Counted from the whole stretch's first letter, positions 13,010 to 25,305 are shown. The stretch: 62,885 bases of DNA, filler included, from Globobulimina sp. (GCA_003354225.1; 39 parts of 39 records of this genome joined end to end with filler, not necessarily neighbours in it), one strand, 5' to 3'. The notes: generated by a model not told the origin, from the letters alone. Made by a program: numbers and translations.

Positions 13010-13463
13010 TTATCGATATTTCGAATAACTAATAAAATAAAACGAAACTATGCATCAAATGAAAGCTAATAATGTCTCGAATTTTATGCGAGCAAAATAA
13101 AATTTTTAATGTTCATAATTAATGCTAATTATGCTAATTAATATGCAAATATCGATTTTTCGAATAACTAATAAAATAATACGAATTTTGCATCAAATGA
13201 AAGCTAATAATGTCTCGAATTTTATGCGAGCAAAATAAAATTTTTAATATTCATAATTTATGCTAATTATGCTAATTATTATGCAAATATCGATTTTTCG
13301 AATAACTAATAAAATAAAACGAATTTTGCATCAAATGAAAGCTAATAATGTCTCGAATTTTATGCGAGCAAAATTTCTTTTTTAATATTCATAATTTATG
13401 ATAATTATGCTAATTAATATGCAAATATCGATTTTTCGAATAACTAATAAAATAAAACGAATT
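13010..13463. repeat. Tandem repeat, 138-139 bp unit, about 3.2 copies
   Basis: tcgaataactaataaaata starts at 13021, 13160, 13298 and 13436 with near-identical intervening sequence. Confidence 0.95.
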
Positions 13464-13480
13464 TCTCCAATTAATAGGAG

Positions 13481-14444
13481 TTGTTTCAGACTAAGACTTT
13501 GGGTGATAGAATTGTGATCGAAGGTGATCCAGGAATGGGCAAGACAACTTATGTCAACAAACTTGCTCTTGATTGGTCACAGGAGGAAGGAGCAAAACAT
13601 TACCCGGGCATCCTTCATTCCCTTGAAACTGCCCTCATCAATGTCTTCATTATTCTCTTCCATATACTTCCTGTAGCTGGTTTGCGGGATGAGGAACCAG
13701 AGAATTACTCTGATGACAGTACCTTTCTGAAATCTACTTTCACCACTGTCTTCCTTATCCCTTTACGTTCTCTCAATGGTGGTAAAATATCGACGTTTGC
13801 TCAAGCCGCCAGCATACAACTCAGAAACTGTGGCTCCTGGCTCAATGAAAAGTATCTGTCAAATCCATCTAACTGTTTGCTTATTTTGGATGCCTTTGAT
13901 GAATATGATGGCCTATGTCCTGAAGTCAATGAAATTATTGATGGATCCAGATTTCCACGACTTAAAGTAATCATCACAACACGACCATCCCATATCGAAA
14001 GATTAGACATCAAAAACCAATGGTTGTCAATCACTGGACTCACAACACCAGAGAAACAGGAACATTTTCTCGTCAATCAAGGTTGGGATAACCAGGAAGA
14101 ACGAGATATGATCACCAAAGTTTTATCAAACTTCGGCAGTTTATGGCACAATCCACTCTACCTTACCATGTTATGTGTGCTGTACAAAGCAAAGAAAGTG
14201 ACAGGTTTTGAACCCCAAAGCCCCAATTGCTTTTACGTTTTGGTCAAATTGTTCACTGATCATATCATGTCACATAAGGCAAAAGAAGTGACAAATAACA
14301 AAATTTCTCTATTGAAAGTAGAAGACCGCCAAAAACTCAAATCGTACATTCACAAATGTGCCATCAACCAGTTTTCAGAAAGTAATCCTTGGATCATCGA
14401 TGCTCTGAAAACTCCCTCTGCAGTTTGTGACTCTAAAGATCTCA
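13481..14444 (+). CDS. NACHT-type STAND NTPase (NLR-like), partial
   Basis: Walker A IVIEGDPGMGKTT..KLALDW, Walker B LLILDAFDEY, sensor IITTRP, NPLYLTMLC. Confidence 0.88.
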
Positions 14445-14544
14445 NNNNNNNNNNNNNNNNNNNNNNNNNNNNNNNNNNNNNNNNNNNNTTAATTAATTAA
14501 NNNNNNNNNNNNNNNNNNNNNNNNNNNNNNNNNNNNNNNNNNNN

Positions 14545-15425
14545 ATATTGTCTTCAGCAAATTTCTTTAAATCATCTCTTCGTTTCTCTAATTCTAACAC
14601 CGTAAATGTTTTATGTACCAAGAAAGTTCATTATTTCAAGTGCATTAAAAAACATTCTTCGATTCTTATCCCATAACCATTTAACACCTATTTTAGCAGC
14701 ACATCCTGCAATAATTGCAACTGCAATGCCTATAATACATGCAACGCCTCCTGTCAATACACAAATAACTGCGCTGATTGCAATGGATGCGCAAGTTGCT
14801 ACAAAATTTGATGCAAAACTCCTCTTTACCCTATCCCAATATATTCTGGAATTGCGTTTACGGTCATTTTCATCAAAATCCCCTCGGCAATACTGGATTG
14901 TTAAAAATATCCATTCAAATAGAAATGATAAAAGAAATCCTACTCCAACCAATAAACCATGGCCCACTGCATGTAACACAGTACATAAACCTTCTGATGC
15001 TTGCACAATAAATGCAATTAATCGATCAATAAATGAATCTCCCCATAATAAAATACTATATAAAAATGCACCTAATAATGAGGAATATATTATGTTTATA
15101 TGTGTAAGTTGTGTGACAAAAACGATGTACAGAACATGATATAGCGAGTACCAAATGTCAAAGTCCCCGCAGAAAATGTATATTTATCAGGATCAGCGAC
15201 CCCCAATTTCTGTTTTATCCAATCATGTATTGATTGTGAGGTTATTTTAACTCCATGTTCTGCGACAAGATTTTTTAATGCGACAGTAGTTTTAAAATCT
15301 ATTTGATCGTCTTTGCTTGAATCCAAATCTACATCATCGTACATATCAATATAATCGTCATCGTCATTCCAATTTTCATATGGTGGCTCATATGGTGGCG
15401 GAGGGTCACTGATCTGCTGATCCAT
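14545..15425 (-). CDS. Hypothetical multi-exon membrane protein with Gly/Ala-rich hydrophobic hairpin, 3'-partial
   Basis: ORFs 15096..15425 and 14611..15006 on the same strand with intron-like breaks. Confidence 0.45.
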
Positions 15426-15479
15426 GTTACTAGTCGCGATAGAATGCGAGGATTAGTTTATTGATGCTGTATTTTTTTA

Positions 15480-16060
15480 GTGAACTCTGCCCGTAGTATA
15501 ATTTCGCTCATGGACAATATTGGACGCTCCCATGTATCGACATCAATCGATTCTCAACTGTCAATAAACGATTTCAGCAAAAAAAGTGAATATTTAGCGC
15601 TGGCAACTAAACAAAAAATGTCAGCAACGAAAAGAAGTATTATATTGGAAATAAGCGCATTGTCATTTGGTATTAGTTTTGCATTGATCCATTTCTTTAT
15701 GGTGGAGGTGAAAATTCTATATTTTGTAGTTGCACTTTTAACCATTCTATTCGCATTGATTTGGATTTATTTCGAAGTTCATAAACAAACATTACTCATT
15801 TTAATGACATCATTTCGTGGTTCTATCATAACAATGTCAATTATCACAATCAGTATTTGTGATATTTTGCGAGTGTTTCTAGCGTCCGATGCAAAACCAA
15901 TATATGTTATTTTGTTAGATGATATTGTTTGGACAGCAGCAATAATGATATTAGTCTCAGCTGATTGCGTGCCGCGAATCACACACTTTTTACGCTTTAT
16001 TGGGCCAATCGTTGTGGTATTAAACTCCCTTAATAATATCATTCTTGATTCTGTTTTTGC
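15480..16060 (+). CDS. Hypothetical multi-pass membrane protein, 3'-partial
   Basis: Open ORF with 4-5 hydrophobic segments, divergent from the previous gene. Confidence 0.55.
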
Positions 16061-16313
16061 NNNNNNNNNNNNNNNNNNNNNNNNNNNNNNNNNNNNNNNN
16101 NNNNTTAATTAATTAANNNNNNNNNNNNNNNNNNNNNNNNNNNNNNNNNNNNNNNNNNNNATTTTGTCATTTGTAATGATTTCTTTCTAATATTTTCAAT
16201 ATCATTTTTTAATACATCTGCAGTTAAATCTAAACAGAGTGTATAAATGTGCAAGGATCAGAGTGTAGAAAAACACAAATTGTAGAATCATCGGAACTAA
16301 ATAATCAAAAATT

Positions 16314-17676
16314 TCAGTATTTGCAGTCAGTTCCTTCAAACCTTTGTTTAAATGCGACATCGGAATAAAATTCAATTTTGTCCTCATAGCAAGTAAATGG
16401 CTCAGGTCTTACTTTCAAAAATTTATCAACATCTTCCGATATTACTAACTCTGAAAAGTGTCTTTTACAGAAATCGCCACATTTCTCCAATGCAATTTTA
16501 ATATCCATCCAATATCGAACAAAAAAACGTACCATAATTTCATCCTGATATCCTGCTTTGCGTTGCTGTCTCGTTAATTTTACAATGTTGTCCGTTATCT
16601 GTCGAAATCGATTGAGTCCATCCTTATGCCACGGTTTATACACTGTAAAATGTACATTTTTCAATATATATGGTCTGTGCTGCAACAAATAACGCTGCCA
16701 TTCATTAGAAAAACTTGACGTCAACAGTCCATATCTATAATGCAGTGAGTAAAATGGACCATATCCTGTTACATTTGAATTGAAAAACGCATTCAAAAAT
16801 CCTTGATCCCCGCTAAAATCTCTCCATTCACTGTTCCAATTGTCAAGAAATGGAGCTTCCTTCCCTTGCTCTTTAGCCTCATCGTTCAGTTGCTTTGCAT
16901 TGCGGACATTTGGCATAAACTCCAGCATAGTTTCAAACAATTTCGTATTGGGCTCCACTAATAACACACCACCATTCAATTCAAAATGATTGCCGCCACG
17001 GTCAGAGACCGCAGAAGGTGTCGGATGCTCGAATACTTCATCAATGCCGTTATAATGCATTATACCAACATCCGTATCTAAGTATAATATTTTATCAAAC
17101 ACAGTCATATTAAATATAAATAGTTTGTAAAAGGTGACTGTCCAACAATTGCCACATTCTGCTAAATATGGATCCATGATAGAACCGTCAATGTTATATG
17201 TGCCTATTCCTAAATGATGGAACAATTTAATTTGTGAGTCTGATACGTTTGGCATTAACATGATATTATGCGAATATTTTGATTTAGTTCGTATTAATGC
17301 GCCATGAATGGCTAAAATCCCATATAAATAAAGCGGACTGCCATCCGTTAATTGCATGTATGTGTATAGACAGTCAGTTGTTGTATCTCTATCTCCGTCA
17401 CCATTCACTGGAATATGGGTCAATGAGATGGAACTGTGTGCATTTTGTTTATGGTTGTTATTGGCATCTATGACCTGCGTGGTCTCCATATCCATGTCTA
17501 TGGCAGTATTGGTTAAAGAGGTTAATGTAATAAACACATAAATAGCTATGATTATGATGCAAGCATAATATAATATTTCATTAATGCCTATATTTAGCAG
17601 TGATGACAGAAGAGATCGTTGAATATTATCTTTATATGTTATATTTGATCGTGCCGTGATTTTTCTTTGCGCTCTG
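16314..17676 (-). CDS. Glycosyltransferase family 8 (glycogenin-like), type II membrane, 5'-partial
   Basis: FYKLFIFNMTVFDKILYLDTD (DxD), NGGVLLVEP, DQGFLNAFF, VHFTVYKPW. The frame stays open through an upstream TM segment to the contig end. Confidence 0.9.
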
Positions 17677-17776
17677 NNNNNNNNNNNNNNNNNNNNNNNN
17701 NNNNNNNNNNNNNNNNNNNNTTAATTAATTAANNNNNNNNNNNNNNNNNNNNNNNNNNNNNNNNNNNNNNNNNNNN

Positions 17777-19292
17777 ATATCAGTGGATGCAGATGGAACT
17801 TTAACAGATTGAAATTTAACAGGACTCAATGTCTCAACGCCCCCGGCGTCCTCCCCATCATCTTCATCCATATCACCAGTCTTTTCCTCTGTGATTGTAG
17901 CCGGGCCACTTACATCTAACTGTGAGACCATAGCAACATGTGGCTCATCCACAACACCAGCGCCAGAGGCATGCAATCTGGACATCCGCGCCCCCTTTTT
18001 CTTATTTCGTTTCTCCATATATTCCTTATAAAATCCGATGCAAAACACACATAATCCGACACCAAAACAGCCCACAATGACCCAACCACTTATTTCCTGT
18101 CCTAAAAAGATGGAGTCATCCCTCACATTGGTACAGTCATCGACTATCGACGACGCATTCTCTTGCACATTCTCGCCATTCCTATAAAAAAACTCTGTGC
18201 ACGCTTCCACGCTCACATCCCACCGCAAACAAAACGCATTGATCTCTAACCACTCGAACTCAGCAAAACTGTCCAACTTTGTCCTCGATTCGCCGTTATC
18301 AGTGCCCCAGACCCAAAATCTTAAATATTTATGATAGTACACATAAAAAAACACAGTCTCCTCCTCATGGATCCAATAGGATCGATTCGAGATAGTTTTG
18401 TCCGCATTGATGGTGTAAATGCCATTGCCATCCAACAGCGCACATTCAGCGCTGTCGTTGCTCGAACACCAGTCATCAGTCTCGAAGTATGGCGACGTGT
18501 CACAGTCATCCGGCTTCGCGTTAAATTCATTGTATTTCTCGCCTGGAATAATGCACTCTTCTTCTCGTTGATAAAAGGAAGCGCACAAATCTTGGATGTC
18601 GTCGTGTTTAGCAAATGTGGCATTGCTTAAATGAGCGGGGAAACCCGTACAGTTTTCATTGCTTTCTACTAAGGAGATATTGCCTAAATTATAAAACTCA
18701 TAGTTTATGGTCCATCCATTCAAACAATTCTGCGGAAATAAGTCTTCTTCCTCGTTGTTATTGTCACAAAATGCGACAATGACTTTGTCATTGTCAGCTT
18801 GAAAGAAATTCGCAAATCCATCAAAATCTCTTAAGATCGGTTTTGCGGCAATACCGTCGGAGGAAAATGCAAAATTAGATTTTGTAAGGAAGACCCAGGC
18901 ATCCTTCGGGTCGTAAAATGTTAAATATGTATCAAATGGCGTGTTTTGTAAACGTGTATTTTGATAAATGGGCCGCTGGTTCAGTAGGAAGGTTTGGTTT
19001 AATTTGGTGTATTGGCCCCATAAATACTGCACATGCGAATATATCATCTCTGTCTCGGTTTCATTGCTCATCAATTCGAAGCACAGTATATCTTCGTATT
19101 CGTCATAATCGGGAAGATCTACAGCTTGCTCGCATTCATTGGTATCGACATCAAAAGAATTATCTCGAAAATATGCTTGGGCTGAATTGTTATATACAAA
19201 CCATTCATTGCATGAAACAACAGACGATGTGTCGCTTGCTTTTATATCGCAATATGCCATGATTTTATAATAATTTATGTCAATATCGTCAT
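17777..19292 (-). CDS. Cys/Trp-rich repeat single-pass membrane protein, partial at both ends
   Basis: Contig-spanning ORF with repeated C..G.Y..N.RP.Y..W..AFC..C modules and TM WVIVGCFGVGLCVFCIGFY. Confidence 0.7.
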
Positions 19293-19426
19293 NNNNNNNN
19301 NNNNNNNNNNNNNNNNNNNNNNNNNNNNNNNNNNNNTTAATTAATTAANNNNNNNNNNNNNNNNNNNNNNNNNNNNNNNNNNNNNNNNNNNNGCAATATG
19401 GCGTTGATCAAGAATTTAAGTCTGAG

Positions 19427-19879
19427 GTGATTAGAAAATTAAAAAGTATTCGATGGGATTGGAGAAGATTCAGTCTTTTGGAATCTATGGTATTTTCGAA
19501 TTCAGTTTTTGCAGTAAGATGCTTTAAAATCATGTGTGTGGTCACAATATTGACACTCATGTTATGTGCAACTATTTTACTAATTAAATGGTATGAATAT
19601 GCAGTGGAACATGATTCATTTGTATTACAGTTTGCTTTGTGGACTTTGATTTGCATCTATATATTAATATTATTTGGGGTATTAATATTGGCTATTTTTT
19701 GCATCGGTTATTATAGCCTCTTCATCGTTAGTTTCATTTATATCCATTTTGTCAGCTGTCTGTTGATAAAAAACTTTGACTTTTGTAAAAGAAAAAAAAT
19801 TATTTTAAGCATGTTTTGTAGCATTGTTTTGTGTTGGTTGCTTATGATAACACCATTATTTGTTGAACCTCCACCCTGA
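19427..19879 (+). CDS. Hypothetical multi-pass membrane protein, probably 5'-partial
   Basis: Several hydrophobic helices; no family recognised. Confidence 0.4.
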   Translation: MIRKLKSIRWDWRRFSLLESMVFSNSVFAVRCFKIMCVVTILTLMLCATILLIKWYEYAVEHDSFVLQFALWTLICIYILILFGVLILAIFCIGYYSLFIVSFIYIHFVSCLLIKNFDFCKRKKIILSMFCSIVLCWLLMITPLFVEPPP

Positions 19880-20057
19880 TTTATTTAAGAAATGCAGATA
19901 AGAGTAGACTGTGACAATGATCCATGTGCCAAATGTTCTCAATATGCTGCCGGACATTCGTTTTTTTTTTCTGGCCCAAACTGTAGAAAATATTGCAACT
20001 ATAAACTTAATTAAATACCAAACCCAAAAAAAAATCGCAAAAAAAATAAATGTTTAA

Positions 20058-20891
20058 TTACAATGCCTTAACGTTCCATGATTGAATAAACACAGGCTTT
20101 TGTGTGTTATTATTTTTTTTATTTGTTCTTGTGGATAATTTCAGGCAAAACTTTAATTTTAATCCTTTTTTCCATTTATAATCGTTATAATGCTCAGGAT
20201 CATGAATCATATACGAAGCATCTCTTTGTTGTAATGAGGTATGTGATATATTCGTTAATTTCAATGTAATGATATTACTGATCGACGCAGAGGGCATACA
20301 CGTTATTTCTTCGATAGCATCAATGCGTAAATCTGATGTAATCCACGCCTGTCCATAATTATTTATATGGTTGACCTGACCTTTTATTGTTATCGGCGAT
20401 ATTGACAGTATCTCATCGGTGAAAGGGTTTAACTTAAATTTAATTAATGGATTAAATGGTAATTTCATACTTTTATTCAATACCCATCCATATTGAATCT
20501 TTTCTGTCTCAATATTGCATTGAAATTGTTGTAATGGCGAAAATATATTGCGTGATTTTATTGCTTTGTCAGTGTCATTGAATACATTGTATTGCTTATA
20601 TAAATCATTCAGTTCAATTATATTTTCCTGCGTCATTAATATGAATGCGGTGTTATGCGAGTTTACGCCTTGATATATGCCCGGAATTATTACCAAATGG
20701 TATTCATTCTCAATATTTTGTAGAACAATGGATGTATTCACTTGGAATTCTTCTTTCTCCTCTTTCTCTTCGTGCAGCAGGCTATTAACCCTGTTATTAT
20801 TTATTGGTAAAGGTAAAGTTACGGTGCTTCGTAAAAGTGGTGATTGGATTTGCGGGAATATCGCACCATAAATTGGACTGTTTATATTCAA
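20058..20891 (-). CDS. Hypothetical protein, possible C-terminal cold-shock/OB-fold-like domain
   Basis: 277-aa ORF; the pattern KGQVNHINNYGQAWI...LKFCL...SWNV is only weakly CSD-like. Confidence 0.45.
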   Translation of the reverse strand: MNINSPIYGAIFPQIQSPLLRSTVTLPLPINNNRVNSLLHEEKEEKEEFQVNTSIVLQNIENEYHLVIIPGIYQGVNSHNTAFILMTQENIIELNDLYKQYNVFNDTDKAIKSRNIFSPLQQFQCNIETEKIQYGWVLNKSMKLPFNPLIKFKLNPFTDEILSISPITIKGQVNHINNYGQAWITSDLRIDAIEEITCMPSASISNIITLKLTNISHTSLQQRDASYMIHDPEHYNDYKWKKGLKLKFCLKLSTRTNKKNNNTQKPVFIQSWNVKAL

Positions 20892-21007
20892 TGTGTTTAT
20901 TAAATGANNNNNNNNNNNNNNNNNNNNNNNNNNNNNNNNNNNNNNNNNNNNTTAATTAATTAANNNNNNNNNNNNNNNNNNNNNNNNNNNNNNNNNNNNN
21001 NNNNNNN

Positions 21008-21493
21008 TAATATGTTTGGTATTTTATGATTGTTGTTGTGAACATATTGATTGTTGCATATGATTGAGACTGATAATGTATTTAATTTCGAGTGATAATA
21101 CAACTTCCAATCACCATCAATAGCATTGTTGTGGTGATCAAATATTAAATCAATTGTATTGTAAGCATGATGATTGTCTAAATCAAGTTTGTTTTCATTT
21201 ATATATTGTGCCAACAGAAATGGTGTCGGCAATGACAATGACTCTTTCGTATATTTGATAGATGGAGGAATTAAATTATGTTTAAAATCATTATATCTTT
21301 CATAAAATAATACGTTATTCCCAACCACTACAAGCGTACTATGAATTAGTGCCATCTTCAACCACTTGACTTCATTTTGTTTAAAAATAGTTTTATTATA
21401 ATCTTTACCAACCATGGCCATGCAAACTATAAATCTCATTAATGGTCTCATCACCACGTTTGATGCAGTGGAAGAAAAACGCTGTGCAGACAC
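21008..21493 (-). CDS. Hypothetical protein fragment
   Basis: Open frame to the contig end that abuts the GST on the opposite strand. Confidence 0.35.
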
Positions 21494-22221
21494 TGAATTA
21501 ACTTTGGCATATTGGAATATTCGTGGATTAGCTGATTTTCTCAGATTGATGTTATATTATAAAAATGTTAATTTTACGAATAAAACGTATGCAGATCAAG
21601 ATGAATGGCAAAAAGATAAATATAATCTTGGTTTAGACTTTCCAAATCTTCCGTATTTAGTTGATAATAAGAACAATGTAATGATGACAGAATCATATGC
21701 CATTGGTATGTTTAAATATATATAAAGTTCATTGACGTTCAGTGTTTTTATAAATATTAAATGCTATAATTATAACTTCAGGTAAATAGCTCTCAGAAAA
21801 ATATGATTTTGGTTATAGTGCTGATGTAAATTATGCGGAATTGCAAGTTGAAGGAGTGATTCATGATCTTTTATCAACATTTTTTCGTTTATGTTATAAT
21901 CCAGATTTTGAGAAAGAGAAAATTGGTTATTTTAAATCATTGGTTGATGAAAAGAATAAATTATATCATATTGATAAATATTTGGAGAAACGAAAATATT
22001 TAGTAAATGATAAGGAATTGAAATTTATTGATTTTAAATTTTTCAGTTATTTGGATTATAATGTTCGTTTAAATAAAGAATTTTTGGATCGATTAAAACA
22101 TGTCAACAGATTTTATCAAGCAATAAATAGTATGGATTTTGTCAAAAGATTTGAAAATGCTGGTTTACGAAACTTAGCAATTGTGTCTCCAGGGGGTGTT
22201 TTTGGTGCTAAACCTGTGTAA
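21490..22221 (+). pseudogene. Mu-class-like glutathione S-transferase; intron 21706-21781; in-frame TAG at 21787-21789; no clear start codon
   Basis: LAYWNIRGLA..LRL, KYNLGLDFPNLPYLVD, TESYAI|GK*LSEKY, C-terminal domain LCYNPDFEKEK..YL...IDF. Confidence 0.8.
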
Positions 22222-22674
22222 ATACAAGTTATTAGTTATAGTTATAGACTACTTTAGAACACTCTTTTTTTTTTTGAAACATAATTTATTTGTGATGAAA
22301 CTAAAGAGGAAGTGATCACCATCGTCCGTGTGTGCGAGGATAATTCAAACGTTTCTAAAGACGAAAGTACATAAAGTTTTTGGCACTAGCTTAGTAACGT
22401 TGTCATGGCTCTGTTGCTTTGTTTGTTGTATTTAGCATTTGCGCGAAGCATATGTGATTCATATATTTTGTCTAATGGACAATTAAGAATTGTATAATTA
22501 ACAGATACATGCAATATGGGTANNNNNNNNNNNNNNNNNNNNNNNNNNNNNNNNNNNNNNNNNNNNTTAATTAATTAANNNNNNNNNNNNNNNNNNNNNN
22601 NNNNNNNNNNNNNNNNNNNNNNATTAGATAGACAATAATTTATAATTAACAACTTTGTGTTTTTCCATATCCTA

Positions 22675-24137
22675 TCAACACTTTTGATTTTCCTTTTCTC
22701 TCAATGTGATTTTGCTATTTTCCAATTCAAAAATTGGATGTTTTAGACGCGGCGGAATCTCATTATCTGCATTTTGTAATTCTTCCAAAGCTGCTGCATT
22801 ATTCGCATCCTGTTCTATTAATCGATTATTTAACATATTGTATAAATCACAGGCTGTCTCATCCAATGTTTCCGTTTCTGAAATTTGTGATAAATTTGTC
22901 TTAATTCCCGAATCTGACAATTGATTTTGTATATTATTATTATTCATCAATTTATAAAATTTTAATTCTTTTTTGAGACTCACGATTTCTTTCTGGTTTT
23001 CATTTTCTTGCTTATCCATTTTATCTGACATTTTCTTCCATTCTTTCATTCGCATTTCTCGCTCATAGTCAATCAAATCCTGTTCCACTTTTTTGGTGAA
23101 ATCACGCGAAAATGTCCCTGTGTTACTTGAATCTTTCCCGCTATTCATACCATGCGTCACTGCGCAAAATTGCGTTTGGTGATAAATTTCCTGTTTACAC
23201 AGTTTTGCCTCACACACGAATCTATCCTCCCCTTTAATGTGTTTTATTGCCCACGTTTTCATCAATTTTAATGGGTTTCCCTTATTTTTTAGATAGCAAT
23301 CCGTGCCATCCACACCTAAAAAATGTAAAACTTCTCCGGTGTAATCTTTCTTTATACTCCGTAATATTATTGCTAATAAACCAATATTATCCGATACCAC
23401 TCCGTTCCTATCGTAATACTTTTTGTTTACTAATAATTTATATACTTTCAAGATGTCTTTTACGTGCTCCCTCGCTCTCGTCTTAAATTGCCGGTTGCTT
23501 TGCTTTCCGCGTCCACATTTTCCAAAGTATGGTTTATTACAATTCCCGCATACTATAACATAGATTGTGTCGCGTGAGAAACACGACGATCTGTCACTTT
23601 TTAACGATTGTCCCGTTATCGATGACGTCACTTTCTCATTTTATGCATCATCACTTCCGGGAATTCCATACAAACGCAGTCATCTCTCCCTTTTGTGACA
23701 CCTAAACTGTTCAACATCGAACATGTCATAAAACCTTTCCATTTATCTAAATTATCCAAACTTATTTTATTTTTGTCCATCATTATAAATTTGCCGATAT
23801 TGCAGAATTTTGCTATGTCATCATTCATAAATTCGGACTTTTCATCTGATTCTAATTTAAATGTATTTGGCGATATTATGGCATCTAATTTGTCGTATGT
23901 TTTGTAGCTAATTTTAAATTTTCCAATCGGAAATATTGCGGCCAATTTTGTATCATATTTAATCCATTTATCATATGCTGCATTCAATAAATTATATACA
24001 TTCGGCGAATTATTATGATATTTCATGACTAACCAAAATGTTTTATCCTTTACTTTGTCTTCAAACCTTTCTCTCTCTTCGTCGCTGTCCGTATCGTCTT
24101 TTTCTTCCTTTGTATCTATCAAATTATTAAAATATTT
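22675..24137 (-). mobile_element. Penelope-like retroelement: linker plus GIY-YIG endonuclease, frameshifted near 23630
   Basis: Linker LVMKYHNN..LAAIFP..ISYK with Cys residues, then IYVIVCGNCNKPYFGKCG..FKTRAREH..E..GMN. Confidence 0.8.
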
Positions 24138-24267
24138 NNNNNNNNNNNNNNNNNNNNNNNNNNNNNNNNNNNNNNNNNNNNTTAATTAATTAANNNNNNN
24201 NNNNNNNNNNNNNNNNNNNNNNNNNNNNNNNNNNNNNGATCCAACATCACTCCCAATAATTGTGACA

Positions 24268-24837
24268 TTAGCAGCCAGGATTGGCAGTTGTTTTAGCTTT
24301 GCAGGTTGCCAACGTATCATTAGATTTGAACCAAACCCACACCCCAAAGAATGATGGTTCCTTCACATCTTGTTCCCAACATTGATAACTCCCAACACTT
24401 GCATCAATTACATTTTTCTGTTTCCATGCAAACAAATCATGTCGCACTGTGATATTGGGATAACCCGCCAATACTTGAATATAACCATGCAACAATGGAT
24501 AGGTTCCATTCCCATACCAATATCCCCAGTCTAAATCTGCATTACATGCATGTATATATAGTGAGAATATAATATATTATGATGAGGAGAAGAGACCAAA
24601 GAAAAACATACCAAGGCTAACATGATCAACACCAATGGCGGCATATGATAATGTCCAATTTGTTGCTGTATTTGGTGAGATGGTTTTAGGAGGAGGAATT
24701 ATAAAATATCCTATCCAATCCTCTGCTTCTTGTAGTTGAAGCTCTCCCAAGCAATTATTGACATAATATGTCAATTGTGATTGTGCACAGTTTCCAACAA
24801 CAAAGCAAAATACAGCGACAACCAAGAAAACTGCCAT
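24268..24837 (-). CDS. Small secreted beta-sandwich-like protein; intron 24537-24611
   Basis: Signal peptide MAVFLVVAVFCFVVGNCA. The GT-AG intron joins ORFs 24577..24837 and 24268..24495 in frame. Confidence 0.7.
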
Positions 24838-24900
24838 GATGCAATATAAGTTTTTATATGCAACTGAAAAACTATACTGAAAAACTCAAGAGATCGTAGC

Positions 24901-25305
24901 ATGTCTGACTCCGTTACTCAGCTACAACAACATTTAATTGAAATATCGTTTGAAATGGCCAAATGTTTGGGAACAATATTTCACGAATCTGAGGAATTGA
25001 CAGTGGATAATGGTAAAGTTCAAAATTATGATCATACAAAACCACAAAAATTGGCACAAAACATTATCAAAAAAATAATGCAAAACGACATTTTAATTTC
25101 TTCATTGCCGAAGTCATTCACAACGGAAAAGGAACAATTGCAACAAATAGAGATTTTATTGGAAAAAAATAAACAAATTGATAAGGATTTGGAGATTGTA
25201 CAAGAAAAAGCAATTCAAGTTCAAAATCAAATATCTCATCGATTGACTAATTTATCAAATAGAATATATGGCATTCAGTGCAAGGATAATCCACAAATAA
25301 CATAA
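24901..25305 (+). CDS. MED21: Mediator complex subunit 21 (Srb7)
   Basis: MSDSVTQLQ N-terminus, LAQNII...DILISSLP...EQLQQI..L..N coiled coil, 134 aa. Confidence 0.85.
   Translation: MSDSVTQLQQHLIEISFEMAKCLGTIFHESEELTVDNGKVQNYDHTKPQKLAQNIIKKIMQNDILISSLPKSFTTEKEQLQQIEILLEKNKQIDKDLEIVQEKAIQVQNQISHRLTNLSNRIYGIQCKDNPQIT

Noticed and set aside
13010-13463. Possible CRISPR array
   Set aside because: The units are 138-bp head-to-tail near-identical repeats with no unique spacers, and no cas genes are present.
21414-21490. N-terminal extension of the GST overlapping an antisense gene
   Set aside because: The extension has no GST similarity and coincides with the opposite-strand ORF. A chimeric junction is the simpler explanation.
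21787-21789. Genome-wide stop-codon reassignment
   Set aside because: Conserved genes end at TAA (RPB7, MED21), TGA (ATG5) and TAG (kinesin) at plausible positions. One internal TAG is insufficient evidence.
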